Shown: piece by piece, positions 8,881 through 16,150 of the stretch | Position numbering within the stretch: position 1 is the first letter of the stretch | Layout: every line of letters begins with the position of its first letter | Origin: Candidatus Electronema aureum | GTDB taxonomy: Bacteria; Desulfobacterota; Desulfobulbia; Desulfobulbales; Desulfobulbaceae | Assembly: GCA_004284765.1 (NCBI GenBank) | Contig: NQJD01000027.1 | Coordinates: 2,974 to 34,973, forward strand | DNA: 32,000 nucleotides | Reading direction: 5' to 3' | The notes under the pieces: model-generated | What the model saw: the letters and a program-made list of their open reading frames with translations, nothing else | Told to the model about the DNA's origin: nothing | The model's database searches: none | Translations under genes and position numbers: made by a program

Positions 8881-9816
8881 ATGAACAAGCCAGATTATCA
8901 GCTGATCATTATCGGCGGTGGCCCTGCCGGACTGACTGCCGGGCTGTACGCAGCTCGAGGGCGGATCAAAACCCTGCTCATTGAAAAAGGCGCAACCGGT
9001 GGCCAAGTGCTGCTCACCGACTGGGTCGATAATTATCCCGCCTTTCCTGATGGCGTAGCCGGTTTTGAGCTGATAGACAAGATGACCGCCCAAGCTGATC
9101 GCTTCGGGCTGGAAAAAAAATTTGCCGCCGTTGAGTCGCTGGATTTGCAAGCCGAGCTGAAAAGCGTTCGCTTGGATTCTGGCGAACAACTGACTTGTGA
9201 GGCGATTATCCTTTGCACCGGAGCCAAACCGCGTAAAATCGGTGTACCGGGCGAAGAGGAGCTGCAAGGCAAAGGTGTGTCCTATTGCGCTACCTGCGAC
9301 GGTCCTTTTTATCGTGATCAGGAAATTGCGGTGGTGGGTGGCGGTAATACGGCCATTCAGGAAGCGATCCATTTGACTAAATTTGCGAAAAAAGTAACGG
9401 TCGTTCACCGCCGCGACACGCTACGAGCCACGGCCATTTTACAGGAAAAGGCTTTGGCGAACGAAAAAATCAAGTTTATTTGGAACGCTCAGGTGAGCGA
9501 AATCATTGGCACGGAGAGCGTCGAGGCAGTGAATATCCGCTATAACGACGGCTCGACCTCTGTGCTGCCGGTGACAGGAATTTTTGTCCTCATCGGAGTG
9601 ATGCCTAACAATGAAATCCTGCCGCTGGAGCAGCTAAAAACCGACGAAGGCGGCTTCTTGATCACGGACAGTGAAATGGGCTGTCTCGACCTGCCGGGCG
9701 TATTTGCCGCAGGCGACATCCGCAGCAAGCTCTTCCGCCAGATTATCAATGCTGCCGGTGAAGGGGCCAACGCCGAACTTTCGGCTGAACATTATCTCGG
9801 CACCCGACCGAGCTGA
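8881..9816 (+). CDS. trxB: thioredoxin-disulfide reductase
   Basis: The track ORF begins at the TTG at 8866; the ATG at 8881 gives MNKPDYQLIIIGGGPAG (FAD site). Redox CATCDG and the NADPH site GGGNTA are present. Confidence 0.9.
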   Translation: MNKPDYQLIIIGGGPAGLTAGLYAARGRIKTLLIEKGATGGQVLLTDWVDNYPAFPDGVAGFELIDKMTAQADRFGLEKKFAAVESLDLQAELKSVRLDSGEQLTCEAIILCTGAKPRKIGVPGEEELQGKGVSYCATCDGPFYRDQEIAVVGGGNTAIQEAIHLTKFAKKVTVVHRRDTLRATAILQEKALANEKIKFIWNAQVSEIIGTESVEAVNIRYNDGSTSVLPVTGIFVLIGVMPNNEILPLEQLKTDEGGFLITDSEMGCLDLPGVFAAGDIRSKLFRQIINAAGEGANAELSAEHYLGTRPS

Positions 9817-9842
9817 ATATAAAAAACACTCAGGATACCGCC

Positions 9843-10676
9843 ATGCAGACCGCTGTTTCCAAGTACCGCACCACGCAACCGCGTTCCGTTATTTATGTAC
9901 TTCTCGCCGCCACGTGCCTTTCTCTGAGCGGCTGCGGCACGGTTAAAGATATGTTCAGCTCTTGGTCGTTCGGCGCGGATAAAGATGAGGCGTTTGAACA
10001 GGCGGATACCTTAGCGGCCAAGGGCATGGAAGATTACAAGATTGCTAATTATTCGGATGCGCTCAAGTCCTTTCAAAGCATTATTGATCACCACCCGTTT
10101 AGCCCACAGGCTCTGTTGGCCGAGCTGAAGGCCGCAGATTGCCAGTATTACAGCGGTAAATATGCAGAAGCCAAGGAGCTGTACAAAATTTTTGAAGAAC
10201 GGCATCCTACCAACGAGGCTGTGCCCTATGTCATGTTTCAAATTGGGATGTGCGATCTTTCCCGATCCAGCCGAATCGACCGCGATCCTACCGGTGCGCG
10301 TGACGCAGTGCAATCTTTTTCCCAGCTCCTGCGCGTTCATCCTGATTCGCCGTACGCCAGCGAGGCCAAAGCGAGGATACAGGAGGGAAAAGAGTTTATT
10401 GCCAGCCACGAGTATTTTGTCGCGGTTTTTTATGTCCGCACCAGCAAATATGAGCAAGCCCAGCATCGCCTAAAATATTTGATCGCCACCCACCCGGACG
10501 CTGCGGTCATTCCTAAGGCCAAAGAGCTACTGACTAAGTTAGAAGCAGGCAAGCCGCCCAAATGGGGCATAGAAAAATGGTTGCCAGATTGGCAGCTGCC
10601 GGACTGGGGCTGGTGGAAAAAGGGCAAGGACGTGGTCGAGGAAACCGGCAAAGAGGCGGAGAAATCCGCCCAATAA
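9843..10676 (+). CDS. bamD: outer membrane protein assembly factor BamD (lipoprotein, TPR-like)
   Basis: 277 aa with lipobox LSLSGCG. The helical-repeat body includes FSPQALLAELKAADCQY and HPDSPYASEAKARI, typical of BamD/YfiO. Confidence 0.8.
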   Translation: MQTAVSKYRTTQPRSVIYVLLAATCLSLSGCGTVKDMFSSWSFGADKDEAFEQADTLAAKGMEDYKIANYSDALKSFQSIIDHHPFSPQALLAELKAADCQYYSGKYAEAKELYKIFEERHPTNEAVPYVMFQIGMCDLSRSSRIDRDPTGARDAVQSFSQLLRVHPDSPYASEAKARIQEGKEFIASHEYFVAVFYVRTSKYEQAQHRLKYLIATHPDAAVIPKAKELLTKLEAGKPPKWGIEKWLPDWQLPDWGWWKKGKDVVEETGKEAEKSAQ

Positions 10677-10694
10677 CGGAGCGGGACGACATTT

Positions 10695-12509
10695 ATGGGC
10701 TTCCTTGACAGCGAAGAGCTGCTTGAGCTGCTGCTGCGGCAACGGCTGATCAACGAGCAGCAGAAACAATTTGTCCTCCGCAACAAGGAGCGACAAACGC
10801 AGTTGCTGCTCAAGCAACAGGGGATGCAGAAGCCCGGTAGTGGCCCGGCGGGTCGGGGTTATCCTGACATGGTAGATATTGTAGCTTCCATGAAGCTGGA
10901 AATGCCGGGCGGCAAAAAGAAAATTCTCACTGAAGAGACCGTGATGCGGACGGTCGCTCATCACCTCAGCATCCCCTTTAAAAAACTTGACCCGCTGGAG
11001 TTGGATATTGAAATCGTCACCAAAACGATTCCCCGTTCCTTTGCCATTAGCCATTTGATTCTGCCTTTTGAAGTCCGCAACGGCGTTCTTCAAGTTGTCA
11101 CCTATGACCCGGAAAATAAAAGTGCGCTGGAAGACATTGAGCAAGTCAACCAGATCAAGGTTAATCCTTGGTTAAGTACCCGCAGTGATATTAAGAAAAT
11201 CCTGTCGGAGTTTTTCGGTTTTCAACAGTCAATCACCGCAGCGGAAAGTCAGTTCAGTGGAAGTGGTGTCAGCGCAGCGGTCGATATCGGCAATTTGGAG
11301 CAGTATGTTAAACTCTCCAGCACCGAAATCAGCTCAACTGATCAGCACATCAAGGCGGCAGTCAATCATCTTTTCAAATATGCCATTGATCAGCGAGCCA
11401 GTGATATTCATATTGAGCCGAAACGCGATTGCTGCATGATCCGCTACCGGATCGACGGCATTCTCCATACCATCTACAAGCTGCCAAAGGCTGTGCATTC
11501 GGCCATCAGTTCGCGAATCAAAACCTTAGCTCGCTTAGACATCGCCGAAAAACGGCGGCCTCAGGACGGCAGAATCAAGATCAGCCAGCAGGACGGTAAA
11601 GAAGTCGAGCTACGTGTTTCGACTATTCCGGTCTCTTTTGGTGAAAAGACGGTTATGCGTATTCTTGATTCCAGCGTGATCTTTCAAGACTTAGACGAAA
11701 TTGGCTTTTCTAAACGAGATCGAGCGGTTTATGATTCCTTCATGAAAGCTCATCACGGCATTGTCCTTGTCACTGGCCCGACCGGCAGCGGTAAATCCAC
11801 CACGCTTTATTCCACCCTCAAGAAAATTGCCACGCCGGAAATCAACATCATTACGGTGGAAGACCCAGTGGAAATGGTGCATGAAGAATTCAATCAAATA
11901 TCTGTGCAACCACAGATTGATGTCACTTTTTCTACTATTCTTCGGCATATCCTCCGCCAAGACCCTGATGTGATTATGATCGGCGAGATACGCGACCTCG
12001 CCACCGCCACCCACGCGGTACAGGCCGCCCTGACCGGTCATCTCGTTTTTTCTACCCTCCACACCAACGATGCAGTTTCCACGGTCATCCGTTTGCAAGA
12101 CCTTGGTCTTGAGCCATTTTTAGTCGCTTCTACCATGCTCGGTGCCTTGGCCCAGCGTTTGGTACGCAAAATCTGCCCGCATTGCATTGAAGGCTATCAG
12201 GCCGATTTTGCTGAATTGCAGCGGATGGGCTTTCCGGTTTCTGGTGAAGGCACGATTGAACTCAAGCGCGGTAAAGGCTGCAAAGAATGTCGGAAGACCG
12301 GTTATGCAGGTCGGATGGGAATTTTTGAGATATTTCCTATGTCCGACAAGATCAAAAAGTTGATCACGGAAAAGGCTTCTGATGCCGAGCTGCGGCAAGT
12401 CGCTATCCGCGAAGGAATGACCACGCTCAACGAAGATGCTTGGCAAAAAGTGAAGAATGGCCTGACCACAGTGGAAGAAGCGAGACGAGTCTGCGGGGCA
12501 GATGCCTGA
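10695..12509 (+). CDS. GspE/PilB-family secretion ATPase (type II secretion / type IV pilus class), stand-alone
   Basis: 604 aa. Walker A GPTGSGKST, Asp box, Walker B DPDVIMIGEIRD, His box LVFSTLHTND and a tetracysteine CPHC...CKEC zinc site, preceded by an N-terminal GspE_N-like region. No pilC/gspF/pilM-Q neighbours are present in the window. Confidence 0.85.
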   Translation: MGFLDSEELLELLLRQRLINEQQKQFVLRNKERQTQLLLKQQGMQKPGSGPAGRGYPDMVDIVASMKLEMPGGKKKILTEETVMRTVAHHLSIPFKKLDPLELDIEIVTKTIPRSFAISHLILPFEVRNGVLQVVTYDPENKSALEDIEQVNQIKVNPWLSTRSDIKKILSEFFGFQQSITAAESQFSGSGVSAAVDIGNLEQYVKLSSTEISSTDQHIKAAVNHLFKYAIDQRASDIHIEPKRDCCMIRYRIDGILHTIYKLPKAVHSAISSRIKTLARLDIAEKRRPQDGRIKISQQDGKEVELRVSTIPVSFGEKTVMRILDSSVIFQDLDEIGFSKRDRAVYDSFMKAHHGIVLVTGPTGSGKSTTLYSTLKKIATPEINIITVEDPVEMVHEEFNQISVQPQIDVTFSTILRHILRQDPDVIMIGEIRDLATATHAVQAALTGHLVFSTLHTNDAVSTVIRLQDLGLEPFLVASTMLGALAQRLVRKICPHCIEGYQADFAELQRMGFPVSGEGTIELKRGKGCKECRKTGYAGRMGIFEIFPMSDKIKKLITEKASDAELRQVAIREGMTTLNEDAWQKVKNGLTTVEEARRVCGADA

Positions 12510-12667
12510 TAGGACTTGAAGCTGCACGCTCTTCCTTCTTTCCGCTGCACTTTGCTGTTGCTTTTCAAGCAGTCAGCAGTAAAATGCTTTTCTTTGCGAA
12601 AGCAAAACGGCAGGTTCTGCCGCACCGATTCAACAATGTAGAGTTCTTATCCGAGGAGAATGCAGCC

Positions 12668-13837
12668 ATGAAGCCCCGATTTGTCTTGCCCGCCGTTGTT
12701 TCTTTATTATGCGGCTTATCCGCAGCGCAGGCCCATGAGCTGCCCGAAGGCGCGGCTCCTTTAGAAAAATCCGAGCAGTGCGCTGCCTGCCACCCGACGA
12801 TCTTCCAAGAATGGCAGGAGTCGTTCCACGCCAAGTCCTCTGTGCATAAGGATTCAGCACACAAAGCCATGCATCAAGCCTTTAGCAAGGCGATGATCGC
12901 GAAGGGGCAGAAGGCTAATTATCACTGCGCTACCTGCCATGCGCCGATGTCGGATAACCTGAAAGCCCTGATGAGCGGCGAGGCCGAGCCGGACAGCAGT
13001 AATACAACGCAGGTAGAAGGTGTGGGTTGTACGTTCTGTCACCGCATCGAGGCGGTCAACAAGGGCAAGAGCTTTGATCAGTACACCTTGAGCAAGGAAG
13101 GTGCGTATCATACCAGTCGTCCGGCTAACAAGAAGGCCCCGCACCAGACCGCAACATCGCCGCTGTTTACTGATGGCCAAGTCTGCATGGGCTGCCACAG
13201 TCAGTATGTCAACCCGCACGAGGTGCCAGTTTGCGTGATGACTGAAGAAGGCAAGGGCAACTGTATCTCGTGTCACATGTCGCCAGCAGAAGGTAGCCCA
13301 GCAGTAGGATCAGCAGTCAAGACGCATTTTTCTCATCGGTTTCCGGGCGGTCATGATCAAGACATCCTCCAGAAAGCAGCTGCTTTGGAAGTGAAGATCG
13401 AGACCAAGGGCAAAGAGCGCAGCATCTCTGTGGCGATTAAAAACACCACGGAACACACCTTCCCTTCGACCAACCCGATGCGGATGGCCTTTGTCAAGGT
13501 GCGGGCGAAGGATAAGAAGGGCGCGGTGATCTGGGAGAACTTCAAGGCAGACCCTCTGCAAGAGGACAAGCAGGCCGTGTTCTTCAAAGCCTTTAAGGCC
13601 GGTGAGAAGGTGGGCGTGCCGTCTTGGGAGGCTGAAGCTATGGCCTTTGACACCCGACTAAAGACCGGCGAGACCCGCACGCTGACCTATCCGCTCTATA
13701 GCCCGGCCATCAGTGAGGTGGAGGTGGAGCTGTTCTACCTGCTCTTTCCGCCCAAGGCAATTGAGGGTTTTGGTATTCCCAAAGACGGGGTGAACGACAA
13801 ACGCTACTCCGTGGCGAAGAAGTCGGTGAAGATGTAA
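12668..13837 (+). CDS. periplasmic multihaem cytochrome c (5 CxxCH) with non-haem C-terminal domain
   Basis: The track ORF starts at 12440, inside the 3' end of gspE. I prefer the ATG at 12668 (GAGGAG 8 nt upstream), which gives the signal peptide MKPRFVLPAVVSLLCGLSAAQA. Haem motifs are CAACH, CATCH, CTFCH, CMGCH and CISCH. The last ~170 aa have no Cys and alternate like beta strands. Confidence 0.85.
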   Translation: MKPRFVLPAVVSLLCGLSAAQAHELPEGAAPLEKSEQCAACHPTIFQEWQESFHAKSSVHKDSAHKAMHQAFSKAMIAKGQKANYHCATCHAPMSDNLKALMSGEAEPDSSNTTQVEGVGCTFCHRIEAVNKGKSFDQYTLSKEGAYHTSRPANKKAPHQTATSPLFTDGQVCMGCHSQYVNPHEVPVCVMTEEGKGNCISCHMSPAEGSPAVGSAVKTHFSHRFPGGHDQDILQKAAALEVKIETKGKERSISVAIKNTTEHTFPSTNPMRMAFVKVRAKDKKGAVIWENFKADPLQEDKQAVFFKAFKAGEKVGVPSWEAEAMAFDTRLKTGETRTLTYPLYSPAISEVEVELFYLLFPPKAIEGFGIPKDGVNDKRYSVAKKSVKM

Positions 13838-13851
13838 GAGGTCTCTATAAG

Positions 13852-13878
13852 CAGGGCAGACACAGGGGTCTGCCCCTG
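13852..13878. repeat. GC-rich palindromic (REP-like) element / weak terminator
   Basis: CAGGGCAGAC-acaggg-GTCTGCC(C)CCTG forms a 10-bp stem with one bulged C, 15 nt after the cytochrome stop, with no T-run behind it. Confidence 0.5.
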
Positions 13879-14077
13879 AGATCTTTAACCTTGATCGCAA
13901 GCAACGGCGGCTGGCCGCTGCGTTTCTCGAAAGAAATGCCTTTCGGGTGGAGCTACTACCCAACGCCTTTGAATGTGAGAAATGGTAGTATTGTATATAT
14001 GGATTTACATAGTGAAAAAATATAAAGCTGAAAAGAAATACTGAAAATTTCTTCTAATATTTAACACATACCATTTA

Positions 14078-14416
14078 ATGGAGATGGATATAAAGAAAAC
14101 AATGATTGCAATTTTATGTTTATCAGTTATTTTTTTCTCAGTCGCCAATCTATTTGCCTTTGAAGATATCACTACAAAAATTAAAAAAGCTTATACTAAT
14201 GAAGAAGGTGCGCTTCTTATACAGGCTGAAGCGGCAAATGGTTCACCCGATGGCTGGCTGAAAGTTGGCAGCAACAATCTGGTCAGCAATCCTGCGGCCC
14301 GTATGATGTATGCCACCGCACTTATTGCATTGACCACAGGTAAAACATGTTGGGTACGAATTATTCCAACCGCTGAAGGGTACTGGGTTGCGGACAGAAT
14401 ATCGATCAACCAGTAA
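14078..14416 (+). CDS. small secreted protein P1 (unknown; possible OB-fold lectin / AB5 B-subunit-like)
   Basis: 112 aa in AT-rich DNA, with signal peptide ...MIAILCLSVIFFSVANLFA-FED (an alternative start is 14084). The mature part is about 85 aa and shares a pattern with the next gene. Confidence 0.6.
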   Translation: MEMDIKKTMIAILCLSVIFFSVANLFAFEDITTKIKKAYTNEEGALLIQAEAANGSPDGWLKVGSNNLVSNPAARMMYATALIALTTGKTCWVRIIPTAEGYWVADRISINQ

Positions 14417-14486
14417 TCGAAAATGTTGGGGGATTATTTCGCTCTCTTTAGCTTACTGAACTTCAAACAATGCGGAGGATAAATTC

Positions 14487-14837
14487 ATGAAATGGTATTG
14501 TCTTGCAGCTCTTATGGTGCTATGCCAAATATCTCAAGCAAAAGCTGAAGTTATTTTAGTGACAGGTGCGAAAATTATTTTCTATGCCCAAAGTCATTCT
14601 GACAGCGATGCCCATATGATTCAATCAAATATAGGGATTTACAAAGGAGGAGATCATCCATCGTGTATAAACAATCGTCTATATATAGATTTTACAGACA
14701 AGGAAATAATTGCAACCGCTATGGCGGCTTCTCTTGCTAACAAATCTGTTAGCTTTCTGTACGATGATGCCGCTGCAAGTAAACAAATGACAGGACACGC
14801 AATTAATAATTGTAGGGTGTTCAGTATATGGCAGTAG
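14487..14837 (+). CDS. small secreted protein P2 (divergent paralogue of P1)
   Basis: 116 aa with a strong SD (GGAGG) and signal peptide MKWYCLAALMVLCQISQAKA. EIIATAMAASLANKSVSFLY aligns with P1 MMYATALIALTTGKTCWVRI, and both proteins end in a short hydrophobic strand followed by Q. Confidence 0.6.
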   Translation: MKWYCLAALMVLCQISQAKAEVILVTGAKIIFYAQSHSDSDAHMIQSNIGIYKGGDHPSCINNRLYIDFTDKEIIATAMAASLANKSVSFLYDDAAASKQMTGHAINNCRVFSIWQ

Positions 14838-14915
14838 CCCTTTGATCAGCAAGAGCCGCTTGGCCGGGAAGATGCAGGGGCGTAATGAGCATAAAAATCA
14901 AACACGGTGTCAATC

Positions 14916-15173
14916 ATGCCGGTCATTTCCATGTTTTACGGAATCATCATCCGCATGTATCTGCTTGACAACAAGCATCACAATATTCCGCATGTTCATG
15001 CTGAATACGAGGCTTCCATCAGCATTGCCGACGGCGAGGTGCTTGCAGGGCAGCTTCCTCGAAAGCAGCTCAGGCTGGTGCAGGCGTGGATTGAGCTGCG
15101 CCGTGACGAGCTGACGGCGGACTGGGAGCTTGCCCTCAGTGATGAAAAGCCGTATAAAATTGCTCCGTTGTGA
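14916..15173 (+). CDS. DUF4160-domain protein
   Basis: The track ORF starts at the GTG at 14907; the ATG at 14916 gives MPVISMFYGIIIRMYLLDNKHHNIPHVHAEY..., the hallmark DUF4160 N-terminus. Confidence 0.8.
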   Translation: MPVISMFYGIIIRMYLLDNKHHNIPHVHAEYEASISIADGEVLAGQLPRKQLRLVQAWIELRRDELTADWELALSDEKPYKIAPL

Positions 15174-15179
15174 GATGCC

Positions 15180-15422
15180 ATGCACTGGGACGTGAAATTT
15201 GTTCAGCCTCTTGAAGAGTACCAAATTTATGTTGAGCTGGAAAACAGCCGGAAAGGAATCTTCGACATGAAGCCCTACCTGCATCGCGGTGTCTTTCAGG
15301 AACTCCGAGATGTGCATTATTTCAACCAAGTCGGCATCCTGTTCGGAGCCGTTACATGGCCAAACGAGCAGGACATCGCCCCGGAAACCCTGCTGGCGGA
15401 GATGGTTCAGGCGGATACATAG
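15180..15422 (+). CDS. DUF2442-domain protein
   Basis: 80 aa, 6 nt after the DUF4160 gene. YQIYVELENSRKGIFDMKPYL...VTWPNEQDIAPETL fits the DUF2442 pattern. Confidence 0.8.
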   Translation: MHWDVKFVQPLEEYQIYVELENSRKGIFDMKPYLHRGVFQELRDVHYFNQVGILFGAVTWPNEQDIAPETLLAEMVQADT

Positions 15423-15430
15423 GGCAGCTT

Positions 15431-15485
15431 GGCTATGAAGGTGTAGGCAGAGTTTCATAGCCTTCCCTTTCTTTGTTCTTCTTGA
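15431..15485 (+). terminator. rho-independent terminator after the DUF4160/DUF2442 pair
   Basis: GGCTATGAA (15431-15439) pairs with TTCATAGCC (15454-15462) across a 14-nt loop, followed by the T-rich tail TTCCCTTTCTTTGTTCTTCTT. Confidence 0.55.
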
Positions 15486-15537
15486 ATCTGTACCCCGTTC
15501 AGGCTACGATAAGGAAAAAATGAAGGAGATTTCGCCA

Positions 15538-15788
15538 TGAACAAAACCGCGACAGTACGCGCCCGCCTTGCCCCTGATTTGAAAGATCGGGTTCCGCCAG
15601 CTCGGTCTGACCACCACCCAAGCCATCACCATATTCTACAAACAGGTTGAACAACGAAACGGGTTGCCGTTTAATCTTGTCCTGCCAAACGCAACCACAC
15701 GCCAGACCTTTGACGACACAGATGCTGGGCGTGTGATCTGATTGTCTGCGAGAATGCCGACGATATGTTCAGCAAGCTGGGCATCTGA
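15538..15788 (+). pseudogene. decayed RelB/DinJ-family antitoxin gene (internal deletion plus frameshifts)
   Basis: Frame 1 reads MNKTATVRARLAPDLKDR and then runs into a stop. A second frame continues LGLTTTQAITIFYKQVEQRNGLPFNLVLPNATTRQTFDDTDAGR, and a third gives IVCENADDMFSKLGI*. Together these reconstruct a DinJ-like protein that lacks its middle. Confidence 0.7.
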
Positions 15789-15789
15789 T

Positions 15790-15936
15790 GCTGACCCCTG
15801 CGAATTCGCAGGGGTTGACCGCTACGACTTTTTAGAAGCCTGCCGCCAGCACCGCATTGATGTCGTTGACTATGACCCGGATGAACTGGAGACAGATTTC
15901 GCCGCGCTGATCAAAGGGAACGCGGCATCATGCTGA
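15790..15936 (+). pseudogene. 5'-truncated UPF0175-family antitoxin fragment (fused into chimeric ORF 15742-15936)
   Basis: The C-terminal half CEFAGVDRYDFLEACRQHRIDVVDYDPDELETDFAAL matches the UPF0175 HTH plus acidic-tail pattern. The N-terminal half is missing. Only a 12-codon stub (15930-15968) follows where a partner toxin would be expected. Confidence 0.55.
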
Positions 15937-16011
15937 TTCAGCGGACGCTTGCGCTGGCGGGAGAATAAAGGTAGAGCGGTTGCCATAGGCTGTGTGTTAT
16001 CTTTAAATCGG

Positions 16012-16110
16012 GTAGGGTGGGCAAACGGTTTTATCGTTTGCCCACGCGGAAGCTGATATAAATTGGTGGCAAGCAAAAAGACGTTTGCCCATCCTACGGT
16101 ACTACGGTAC
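16012..16110. repeat. nested palindromic repeat cluster (three copies of a CGTTTGCCCA core) plus an 8-bp tandem duplication
   Basis: GTAGGGTGGGCAAACG (16012-16027), the inverted partner CGTTTGCCCAC (16035-16045; 11-bp stem, 7-nt loop), and a second inverted partner ACGTTTGCCCATCCTAC (16081-16097; one mismatch to the full 16-mer). CTACGGTA then occurs twice in tandem (16094-16109). Confidence 0.8.
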
Positions 16111-16150
16111 TGGATTCGGACAGCATCTTTGATGGTACCTATCAAACGTT

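Noticed and set aside
10695-10790. N-terminal MshEN-type c-di-GMP-binding motif in the GspE-like ATPase.
   Set aside because: Only the hydrophobic spacing is retained (LLELLLRQRLINEQQKQFVL), and both signature glycines and the leading RLG are missing. c-di-GMP binding cannot be claimed.
12440-12667. The track ORF extends the cytochrome gene 76 codons upstream, overlapping the 3' end of the GspE-type ATPase gene.
   Set aside because: The extension has no signal peptide and reads like out-of-frame or intergenic sequence. The ATG at 12668 has a GAGGAG Shine-Dalgarno and starts a textbook signal peptide.
14910-15458. A 182-aa minus-strand ORF covers both the DUF4160 and DUF2442 genes.
   Set aside because: The plus-strand products match two well-defined families over their full lengths. 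The antisense frame has no recognisable motif and is best explained as a shadow ORF.
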